64,000 nt of DNA, taken from Octopus vulgaris. Its lineage: Eukaryota. Both the position numbers and the translations under genes were made by a program. Shown here piece after piece: positions 53,701 to 64,000 of the stretch. The notes below the pieces were generated by a model that was not told where the DNA came from, made no database searches, and saw only the letters and a program-made list of their open reading frames with translations. Each line of letters opens with the position of its first letter. The stretch's first letter is position 1. Where the stretch lies: contig OX597833.1 of the NCBI GenBank assembly GCA_951406725.2, forward strand, positions 54,188,001 through 54,252,000, given 5' to 3'.

Positions 53701-53816
53701 TAAAATTCCGACTGGAAAAGATTGCATTCGTGAATATATAGCATTTTTTTTTTGATCAGCATCAAATGCCGGGCTTGTCTAGAAGACTTCGTCAAAAGTA
53801 ATGAGCATTGCTTTGC

Positions 53817-53883
<67 letters not shown>

Positions 53884-53995
53884 TTGTGTGTGTGCATGTC
53901 TTTAGAAGTCATAACATGCAGCTGATAGAATGTATGCATGACAACTGATTGATAGCTGAATAAGTAGAGAGAGGGAGAGAGAGAGAAAAAGAGAG

Positions 53996-54070
<75 letters not shown>

Positions 54071-54624
54071 GTGTTCTTTGAGTGTAAGATGTGTGCATTC
54101 AATGATGAAAGCAAATAATTCAAGCAGTACAACGGAGGAAATATTGAAAATTAAGAAGAATGTAACAGAGGAGGAAAAAAAAAGATGAAGGAAAGAGAAG
54201 AGAAAGGGTGACGCTGGTGCGGAGTGAGAAGGAGGGAGGGGAGACAGAGAACATCTCCCACTGGATATGTGTGCATTATGGGATATCGCAAGTTGGTGAC
54301 AGGAAGCCCAGTTAGTGTCTGAAGATCATTCTTTTGTTGCAAGATACAGACTAAAAATGGTTATTGACTGATCAAACAATATGACTAAGTTTATGTCAGT
54401 GACTGGAAGATCTGCATACTAACTGATTCACCCAGAACAGCATTAAATTTAATGCTTTGTTTAATTAGTTAATTGGTCAGTTTTGACATACCTAAGGATC
54501 TATAATGAAATATTTTGAAGCTCTCAGTACATGCATGGGGCAACCCAACTCTATGGGGCTGCCTCATTTGCATCAATCTTTAATCAGGTTTGTGTAATCC
54601 TTATTCATTTATTTGTGTGTACAG

Positions 54625-54678
54625 GTCACGAATGTTCCCTTACATTATCGCCAATCAGCTGGTGTGACAGTGTTGACA
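54625..54678 (+). CDS. putative 54-nt symmetric exon
   Basis: TTTGTGTGTACAG acceptor, ACA|GTAAGA donor; open as VTNVPLHYRQSAGVTVLT or HECSLTLSPISWCDSVD. Confidence 0.2.
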
Positions 54679-54801
54679 GTAAGAAGTTTGATTGCTTGGG
54701 ATTTCCCAAGACTATCGCTGTTCTGGACAGATTTTGATGGATTCATTTACCTGATGACAGAGGTGGGATTTGAACTAAAGACATTAACAAGGTGGAACCC
54801 G

Positions 54802-55030
54802 TGACGAGCTGGCAGAAACATTAGCATGCCGGGCAAAATGCTTAGCGATATTTCGTCTCCCGTTACGTTTTGAATTCAAATTCCACCGAGGTCGACTTTG
54901 CCTTTCATCCTTTTGGGGTCGATAAATTAAGTACCAGTTAGGCACTGCGGTTGATGTAATCGACTTAATCTCTTTGTCTGTCCTTGTTTGTTCCTTCTAT
55001 GCTTAGCCCCTTATGGGCAATATAGAAATA
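54802..55030 (+). mobile_element. Meta-domain SINE
   Basis: Head, Meta core and tail present. Confidence 0.88.
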
Positions 55031-55514
55031 AACATACAGTGTTACACACACATGCACACATTATATGCAGTGATTTAATTGGCTTCTAACAGTCACTCAA
55101 GTTTCATGTTGAAGTAAATATATTTGACTTGATTTAGAGTGAACCTGGTGTGTCATCATTTTCTTCAACCATCAAGTTGCATTGGTACATAGCAAAGAAT
55201 GGCTGACAGTAATATATGAGCAATTATGAGAAAACACAGTATCTGTAGGTAAATGTAGAGAGGGAAGCAAATTTAGGTTTCACTCCATAGATTGCTAATA
55301 ATTATGATGGATATTTAAGATGTTCAAGTCTAGTCCTTAGCAGTGTTTATAAGAATTTTGGTTTTTTGAAATGTCAATAAAAGTTCATATTGAAAGTGTC
55401 TTAGAATGTTTCTAGATATACTCAAGAGCAGGAAAAAGACAGCTGTCAGTGGGATGTTAGGCTTATGAACTTATTAGAAGATTTTGTTGATAGTACTAGG
55501 AATGGTAATCTTAC

Positions 55515-55672
55515 TATACAGGGGTATTGATACATGTACAATGGTGCTGTAAATATCAGGACGATTGAAAGAAGAAAGTAAAAATTGGAGAATGTACCCA
55601 GCTGAATCCGTGGAATGTGGTGCTGTTACTCTGGCATTACTTGGATTTTCCATTTGAACAGGAGGAGCATAT
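55515..55672 (-). CDS. putative exon (YAPPVQMENPSNARVTAPHSTDSAGYILQ...IPLY)
   Basis: Minus strand CTACATAG acceptor; donors GG|GTACAT or ATA|GTAAGA; open, non-repetitive peptide. Confidence 0.25.
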
Positions 55673-56191
55673 CTATGTAGATACACATAGTGAATATATC
55701 TTTGCTAAATTTTAATAGTTTTTGAAGTTCATATATTTAAGCAGGAAGCATGTTCATTCCACTATGCAATGATTAGATTTCATTAGTCTGTTGAAGCCTA
55801 TTTAATACTGTAGCCAAGATTTCATTTTTTTGTCTTCCCGATGTGACTTGCAAATGTTGTGTAATTTCTTTATTAATATGTCTGAAGCATGACTAATCAT
55901 TATAAAACCTTTCCTTGAATGCTCCCTTACACATGCCTATGTACTTTTTCTGATTAATCATCTGATGTGGTATGCTGAAGTGACTTCAGCTTCGTACACT
56001 ACTATTTTTATGTTGTATACTTAACCTAACCAACAAATTTTTGCATTTCTTCCTTAGCAATTTGGCAGAATCTGCTTGGAGAATTTGCTTGAGAGGATTG
56101 TTTTCATGTCGGAACCTTAATTGTAGCTTATCTTCACAAAATGCTCATTGAAAATTTTCTGTGCTTATGATCATTAGAAAGATGTTTTCCT

Positions 56192-56315
56192 GTTAATATG
56201 GTTTGACCAACTACCACCGCTACCACAACCATTTTTGAATGTTTAAACCAGGTTGGTCTTAACATTAAAAAATGGTGGTGATGGTGGCAGTGATGGTTGG
56301 TTAAACCATATTAAC
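56192..56315. repeat. ~120-bp imperfect palindrome (hairpin)
   Basis: GTTAATATGGTTTGACCAAC...TTTAAACCA-GGT-TGGTCTTAAC...GTTGGTTAAACCATATTAAC. Confidence 0.85.
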
Positions 56316-56539
56316 TTTCAGGGTTTATTCCTGGATTGAGAATACACATTGCCCAGAGTGTTTGAGATCTTTATCTTTTCCTTAAAGCTACAGAATTCAG
56401 GCCCTAATATTGTAAGTGCCCACCTTATAAAATAAATTCATTTTAGAAGAGAAAAGTTTAGAGATTGATTGAGGTGAGGAATAACTTATCACTCTACTAA
56501 GGTAAGTTGACAGATAGAAAGATAGGTGAACAGATTGGT

Positions 56540-56553
56540 AGATTGATAGATAA

Positions 56554-56588
<35 letters not shown>

Positions 56589-56591
56589 TAT

Positions 56592-56625
<34 letters not shown>

Positions 56626-56654
56626 CAGATAGATAGATAGATAGATAGACAGAC

Positions 56655-56710
<56 letters not shown>

Positions 56711-56800
56711 GGACAGATAGATAGATAGATAGATAGGCAGATAGATAGATAAATAGATAGACAGATAGATGGATAGATAGCTCTCTCTCTCTCTCTTTCT

Positions 56801-56860
<60 letters not shown>

Positions 56861-56948
56861 GGAGAGGAGAGAGGAAGGGAAGGAGATAGATAGATAGATA
56901 GACAGACAAATAGATCAATAGATATATAGATAGACAGACAGATAGATG

Positions 56949-57006
<58 letters not shown>

Positions 57007-57007
57007 C

Positions 57008-57047
<40 letters not shown>
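56540..57047. repeat. (GATA)n microsatellite with internal CT/TA/GA block
   Basis: Direct run. Confidence 0.96.
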
Positions 57048-57049
<2 letters not shown>

Positions 57050-57398
57050 GGTGATACACGGTAAGTTAGGTAGCTGCAGAGAGAGAAAGAGAGAAGGAGA
57101 GAGAGAGAGAGAGAGGAGAGGATGGTGGACAGAGAGAGAGAGAGAGAGAGGAGATCGAGAGTGGGTGGAGAGAGATGCACTTAGACAGACAGACATGGAG
57201 AAAGTGCTAATATACAAGACAATAGACAAGTAGCTATTTAATATCATATTGGTTTCATTGCCAGCGATATCATTGATCTTTAACACCGAGAAAGAGATTT
57301 TAATCTCAGTTCAATGCTGATTGTATTAGGGTGTTATTATGTTGTAATATCTTTAGGAAATCCTGTAATAATTTTATCACACAGACAATATATACATA

Positions 57399-57434
<36 letters not shown>

Positions 57435-57569
57435 CGTGTGTGCATGTGTGTGTGCGTGTGTGCACGTGTGTGTGTTAATATATACATATGTACATAAAGA
57501 TATATATAAATATATAGATACATATTTACATAAATGTATGCATACATATATGTAGGCATGTATATATAT

Positions 57570-57627
<58 letters not shown>

Positions 57628-57837
57628 ATATATGTGTGTGTGTGTATCATGCCAGCATAGAAGGTTGATGTTAAACGATAATGCTGATGACAATGATATA
57701 TATATATATATATATGTATATGTGTGTATATATATATATATGTATGTATATGTGTGTGTGTATATATATACATATATATATATATATGAATACATACATA
57801 CATATATATATATATATATGTATACATATACATATAC

Positions 57838-57881
<44 letters not shown>

Positions 57882-57896
57882 ATATATATATATATA

Positions 57897-58440
57897 GGCC
57901 CCCGTGTCGGTGGCACGTAAAAGCACCGTCCGTTCGTGTCCGTTGCCAGCCTCGGCTGGCCCCCGTGCCGGTGACACGTAAAAGCACCGTCCGTTCATGG
58001 CCGTTTGCCAGCTCTGTCTGGCCCCGTGTCCGTGGCACGTAAAAGCACCATCCGTTCGTGTTCGTTGCCAGCCTCGGCTGGCCCCCGTGCAGGTGACACG
58101 TAAAAGCACCGTCCATTCGTGGCCGTTTGCCAGCTCTGTCTGGCCCCGTGTCCGTGGCACGTAAAAGCACCATCCGTTCGTGTCCGTTGCCAGCATTGCC
58201 TGGCCCCGTGCCGGTGACACGTAAAAACACCATCCGTTCATGGCCGTTCGCAAGCTCTGTCTGGCACCTGTGCAGGTGGCACGTAAAAAACACCCACTAC
58301 ACTCGCGGAGTGGTTGGCGTTAGGAAGGGCATCCAGCCGTAGAAACACTGCCAAATCTTACTGGGCCTGATGAAGCCTTCCGGCTTCACAGACCCCAGTT
58401 AAACTGTCCAACCCATGCTAGCATGGAAAACGGACGCTAA

Positions 58441-58480
<40 letters not shown>
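57897..58480 (+). mobile_element. RTE-tail element with six alternating 60-62-bp tandem units
   Basis: Units start at 57897, 57958, 58020, 58080, 58142, 58202; followed by the common tail and (GAT)n. Confidence 0.88.
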
Positions 58481-58481
<1 letters not shown>

Positions 58482-58545
58482 ATATATATATATATATATA
58501 TATGCACTCACATGTACATTTCAGGTGTGAGGCATTTTGTTTCAG

Positions 58546-58598
58546 GCTCCATATACGCATATCGCCGAATTTGCCATAATTCACAAAGAAGAATTTAA
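58546..58598 (+). CDS. putative exon (APYTHIAEFAIIHKEEF)
   Basis: TTTTGTTTCAG acceptor, AA|GTAATG donor, only phase 0 open. Confidence 0.25.
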
Positions 58599-59099
58599 GT
58601 AATGTCTCCTTTCATTCATTCATACTCAGAGTTAAACAGGAATAATTTAATAATTTTTCCCTGACTAGAAACATCTGGAACGAGCACTTTTGTGATTAAA
58701 TTTTCTTAACAACTTCAATCATTATAACACAAAATGAAATAACTTCAACAGAGCTTTGAATACCAATTAATGTTCGTTAGCTAAAGCAAGCTACACATGT
58801 AACAAAGTGGTTCAGTGCATTTTTTTTTTTCTGGCTTTAATCATTTCTGTTGTTGTTACAGTTACTGGATCAAGGTCATGCTGGGGCATCACTTTTAAGG
58901 GTTTTATTTGAACGAATTGTCTTCTGTACTTATAGGGTTTTTTTTTTGTTTTGTTTTGTTTGAAAAGTCTGGTACTTATTCAGTTGGCCTTTTTCACTGA
59001 ACGATTGCATTATAGGGATGTAAACAAACCAACACTTGTTGCCAGGCAGAGGTGCTGGTGGGTGACAAATGCAGACACAAACACACATACATGCATATT

Positions 59100-59141
<42 letters not shown>

Positions 59142-59504
59142 CACCTGGTGCAGCCTTCTGGCTTCCCAGACCCCAGTTGAGCCGTCCAACCCATGCTAGC
59201 ATGGAAAGCGGACGCTAAACGATGATGATGATATACAAGATATATTTTTGTGTAATGAGATAAAAAAAAACCATGGCTGAGTAGATATTAGAACATTTAT
59301 AGATAGAATGTCTTACAGCTGTTTCCAGGATATTTATTAATGCACTGACATATGACCAACATTGAACCCCTTATTTGCAAAATCACTGAACCTGGAACCT
59401 AACTATGGTCTGCCTATAGCACTTATTCAGCATTACCTGACACCTTTGGGTCTCAATGACACCATTACCTCTTATAACCTATATATATATATATATATAT
59501 ATAT

Positions 59505-60160
59505 ACAAAAGACAAAGACAGGTGTATAAACAACAAGAAGGTGTATTAGTTTGACATTCGGGAAGGTGAGAAAGTCTTTTATGTTTTGAGCCTACACTCT
59601 TCAACAGAAAGGAACTTGAGGAAATAAACAGAGAGAGAATAAAAAAATACTTTTGTAGTTAGTGGGCAATCATGGCGACTGAAATTTACAGAAAAACAAA
59701 AGATGAAAGATGGTGTATAAACAACAAGCAGGTGTATTAGTTTGACACACAGGAAGGTGAGAAAGTCTTGTACATTTCGAGCCTATGCTCTTCTGCAGAA
59801 AGGAACATGAGAAATAAACAGGAAAGAATATATATGTGTATATATATATATATATACTGAAGTCACAGTTGTAAATTGTAAAACACAACTGCATGAACCT
59901 GAAGATTGCATAGTTTAATGCATGAAAGTACTAGTTCAATCAGAATGGACATTTAATATTCTATCATTTCATTATATTATATCATCTTATATTATATTAT
60001 TATAAGGTTGTAAATAAAACGTGAAAATCAACAAACAGATGTATTAGTTTAATGCTCAGGAAGTGAGAAAGTATTTTTATGTTTTGAGCCTATGCTCTTT
60101 GACAGAAAGGAACACAAAAATAAACAGGGAGAGAAAATAGGAAAAGGTATAGTGGCTAGC
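59505..60160 (-). mobile_element. cluster of three ~150-bp units, each with a hammerhead-like motif (retrozyme / Penelope-derived)
   Basis: Units ~59505-59660, 59680-59830, 60010-60160 share GTGTATTAGTTT...GTGAGAAAGT...GAGCCTA.(G/A)CTCTT...AGAAAGGAAC with 36190-36360 and revcomp of 46376-46530. Confidence 0.7.
59894..59938 (+). ncRNA. minimal type I hammerhead ribozyme
   Basis: TGAAC-CTGAAGA-T-TGCAT-AGTTTA-ATGCA-T-GAAA-GTAC-TA-GTTCA: 5-bp stem I, CUGANGA core, 5-bp stem II, GAAA, palindromic GUAC loop III, UA cleavage site. Confidence 0.75.
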
Positions 60161-60161
60161 G

Positions 60162-60188
<27 letters not shown>

Positions 60189-60193
<5 letters not shown>

Positions 60194-60304
60194 TATATAG
60201 AGGGCATTACTACACATAAATATTATTTATTTTAGTAGTTTTGACTTTAAGAGTCCTTCCTAGTGTGTGGCATTTATGTGTAGTAATGCCCTCTATATAA
60301 TATA
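60189..60304. repeat. 33-bp perfect inverted repeat, 50-nt spacer
   Basis: TATATTATATAGAGGGCATTACTACACATAAAT (60189-60221) and its reverse complement (60272-60304). Confidence 0.9.
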
Positions 60305-60406
60305 AATAAATATATTCAAGTGAAAAAATTGGTGGATTTTTTCTCTTATGAGGTTTTTTCACACTGACTACTTGATAAATTCTTATAAAGATTTTAGCCT
60401 CTTTTT

Positions 60407-60468
<62 letters not shown>

Positions 60469-60854
60469 TGTATGTATATGTATATATAATATTAATGTTT
60501 GTTTTTATGTTAAGTTATAGTCTGACAATGGCTTAGCTAGGTGAAACTTCGAAGTCCCTGTCAACAACATACATATATGTATATATACATGTATGTGTGT
60601 GTGTGTATTGTATGCATATAAAAATTTGTTACCAGTTCAGATATGCTTGAAGGATACTCAAACCTGTTAGAAAACCATCCACTGTGTTTTGTCATGAATA
60701 AAACGTCCTATTGTAGTCAAATAGGTGTAAATACATTCAGTTGCCCCACAGCTCCTCCTAACCAGACTGTTGAATAGATTCATTTCAGAGTGGTTATCTC
60801 CTGCTATTCAGACACCACTGAATAGCACCACCACTCATTGATCAATGACAGATA

Positions 60855-62095
60855 CGAGGGGCGTTCAATAAGTAATGCCCCTGACCCACTTCCCATAGCA
60901 GTAGAGCAACGACACTTGGCACAGTTATTAGTCTTTTCCTACATAGGAACTACCCAGAGTTATGCATTTCTCCCATCGTTTGATACAGCTCTGGAGACCG
61001 TTTTTGTAGAAGACCCCAGCTTGGTCCTCAACCACGACGTGACTTCAGAAATCAAGGCTGCATCATCTGGGAAACGCTTTCCTTTCAAAATCAACTTCAT
61101 GGCTGGGAAGAGGTGAAAATCAGAGGGTGCAAGGGGAGGAGTTCATAGCTGCATGCCTGTGCTTCTGATCTGGCGACACGCGAGTTGTGGACCGGAGCGT
61201 TGTCCTACAGGAGGAGGATGCCTTTGCTGATCTTGCCCTGCCTCTTGATTTTGATAGCTTCTCTTAATTTCCTCAAAAGTGAAGCATAATAGGCTCCTGT
61301 AATTGTGGTACCCTTTGCCAGGAAATCTGTCATCACTACTCTGTCCTGGTCCCAGAAGACTGTGAGCATAACCTTGTCAGCAGAGGGCTGCACCCTTGCC
61401 TTCTTTGGAGGAGGTGAGTCACGGTGCTTTCACTGCATTGACTGGGCTTTGGTCTATGGATCATCGTGATGGACCCAGGTTTTATCCTGTGTGATCAGTC
61501 TTTTGAAAAATTTTGACTCATCTTCTTGGCACATCTCCAAATTCATCCTCGAGCACTCAACGCGTTCTTGCTTCTGGAAAGGTGTGAGCAACCTGGAAAT
61601 CCATCTGGCAGACACCTTTTGCATATGCAAATGGTCATGAATGATAGTTTTCACAGACCCGGTACTAATCTTGACCTTATGGGCTATTTGGCGAATAGTT
61701 ATGCGTTGACCTTCCAAAATGGCAGCCTCAACTTGACGGACAGACGTCTCATCAACGGCAGAAGGGGGCGACCAGATCTGGGAGCTGTTTCCACAGAGTT
61801 CCGGCTATGTTTGAATTCACAATGCCAGCGTTTTACAAGGTCATATGATGGGGCATCATCACCATAAGTTACTTTCATTTCATCAAAAGTCTCCCATGGT
61901 GTGCGTCCTTTCAAATACAAAAACCAGATCACTGCTCAACAATCAACAGGCTCCATTTCACCAGAAACCACAATTAGTTCAGAGCTGTAATTCGCCACTT
62001 AATCTATAGAGGTATAAATAAGTGCACATGCAAAATTTCAGCTAGATCAAACAACTGCAAATGGGTCAGGGGCATTACTTATTGAACGCCCCTCG
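60855..62095 (-). mobile_element. near full-length mariner transposon (probably irritans-like), disrupted transposase
   Basis: Perfect 34-bp TIRs CGAGGGGCGTTCAATAAGTAATGCCCCTGACCCA, TA flanks, 1241 bp; SARWISRLLT, LITQDKTWVHH, KVMLTVFWD, DNAP, LAPSDFHLFP; ORF split into 61699-61932, 61454-61717, 61205-61393. Confidence 0.95.
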
Positions 62096-62491
62096 TATAT
62101 CATAAGAGTGACCTTTCTCTCATGTCAGTTTGCAGCATCTGCCTTTCCGGTCTCTTCAGAAAGAGATTAGCATGGTCCCTGCTCAAAGAGGACACACAAA
62201 TCTTACCCAATCTTTAAACTTGCCTACCTCCAGTTTTTTGCTCCCACTCCAACCCCGTACACTCCTGCAAACTCCACACCCTCTCACACACCTAGTTCCA
62301 TTGTCCTTGTCCCATCACACTTCTACTCACCTCACACCTTGTGGAGACACCTGAGCTTCAATCAGTGCAGTATCTCTTCCTTTGTCTACCATTCTTATTA
62401 TATACAAAGTCCAATGGACTGCAAAATCAAAATTTAGCAACTACGCACATTTTTCTGACCAAGGTGGAGATGCTTTTAGATATAGACTTAG

Positions 62492-62698
62492 GCTTATACA
62501 GTTTACATATAAACTGACAATATTCCAAGTTGATTAAAAAATTGCACGTGTATGACTTCTTTGATTTATGCTTTTATCATAAATCTGTACATATGCTATG
62601 ATTTCAACAAAAGATGTCTTTTAAATAGAAGCCTTTGAAATGAATATCATTTAAATGAATGTCATTTTTATTAACACAAGAGATTAATTAGTACATAG
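62492..62698. repeat. diverged ~205-bp direct duplication, copy 1 (copy 2 at 63790-63997)
   Basis: Shared GCTTATACAGTTTACA...TTCTTTGATTTATGCTTTTATCATAAATCTGTAC...CACAAGAGATTAATTA. Confidence 0.85.
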
Positions 62699-63256
62699 CT
62701 TATTTTCTTTAAGCCGGAATGATGAAGACGTTTTTAATCTTGTTACACTTGTTTTTCACATATGAAATACCGTTTGTAAATGTTTCTGCTCAGCTCCTAC
62801 AGCGTATAAGCTACTGCTTCTTTACCTCCCCCCATCAAATGCTTGGCAATTTTATCCTTCATCTTAAACTGTTGTTATGCCTCTATATAAATGTATGCAA
62901 GTGAATGTCTGTGTGTGTGTGTGTGTGTAAAAATGTGTATGTCATGGACAGAAGATTGCATGTATGTAAGAATGTGTTTATGTAAACATACATCATGTAT
63001 TAGACATCCATCGTCTGTGAAACTTTTATCATATTTACCATCTCCTTATCACTATTTATCAGTTTCAGTTTTCCCCTATTGACTTCAGTTTTTACACTAA
63101 TTCTCTCTGTATATTTCTTTCAAACTCTCATGACGAATTTTGCCAATTATAAGTGATTCTTCGTTTATCTTTCACTTTTAATCATTGAAATATTTTATCC
63201 TTTTCCACCATCATTATACAAAATTCAATATATCATCATCATCATTATCATCATCA

Positions 63257-63430
63257 TCGTTTAACGTCCGTTTTCCATGCTAGCATTGGGTTGGACAGTT
63301 CGACTGGGGTCTGGGAAGCCAGGAGGCTGCACCAGGCCCCAGTCTGATCTGGGAGTGTTTCTACAGCTGGATGCCCTTCCTAACGCCAACCACTCCGTGA
63401 GTGTAGTGGGTGCTTTTTACGTGCCAGGCA
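63257..63430 (-). mobile_element. RTE-tail short element
   Basis: (CAT)n, CGTTTAACGTCCG, GGATGCCCTTCCTAACGCCAACC. Confidence 0.85.
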
Positions 63431-63431
63431 A

Positions 63432-63491
<60 letters not shown>

Positions 63492-63602
63492 CTATATATA
63501 TATATACAGAATTTTTTTTACCGTGAAATGGCCTTTTTTCGTGCTGAATTCTACTTGGTGAAATTATTGATTACTTCTTAATTAATAAATTTTATCCTTT
63601 GT

Positions 63603-63643
<41 letters not shown>

Positions 63644-64000
63644 TATATATATGTATATATGAATATATATATTCATATGTATATTCATATATACAAAATT
63701 CAATGAATTACCAAAATTTGGCAACAGTAGATCGTTTAAAAAAAAAAATTCTGTATTGTATTTTACGTTTAATCATAAACAGGTTTATGCTTATACAGTT
63801 TACACAAGAAATTGACAATATTCCAATTTGGTTAAAAACTGCATGTTTATGAATTCTTTGATTTATGCTTTTATCATAAATCTGTACGTTTGCTATGATT
63901 TGAACAACAGATGTCATTTAAATAGATACCTTTGAAATGAATATCATTTAAAATGAATGTCATTTTTATTAGCACAAGAGATTAATTAATGTATAGGAGA

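Noticed and set aside
57897-58290. Regularly spaced repeats suggestive of a CRISPR array
   Set aside because: No unique spacers, no cas genes, eukaryotic retroelement context

Overview
AT-rich, repeat-saturated eukaryotic (animal) DNA, not prokaryotic. The SINE repertoire (tRNA-headed CORE-like, Meta-domain and tRNA-Arg SINEs) and dense TA/GT/ATT/CAT/CCA/GATA microsatellites look like an octopus (coleoid cephalopod) intronic or intergenic region; this is inferred from repeat content. Almost all long ORFs in the track are microsatellite artefacts. Recognisable content: two mariner fossils (one with perfect 34-bp TIRs), a hAT transposase fossil, Tc1/mariner-, hAT- and piggyBac-type MITEs, a non-autonomous Helitron, RTE, CR1, R4/Dong-like and Penelope-like fragments, and dozens of SINEs. 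No intact protein-coding gene is recognisable, but several short splice-site-bounded segments could be exons. The most notable signal is a set of minimal type I hammerhead-ribozyme motifs: one near-canonical copy at 59894-59938, plus variant-core families that recur and form a retrozyme-like cluster at about 59.5-60.2 kb. Other observations: nested insertions, a locally templated insertion inside a mariner, several long inverted repeats (possible dsRNA/ADAR substrates) and an old degenerate tandem repeat. All coordinates were read by eye; element boundaries are approximate unless TIRs or TSDs are quoted.
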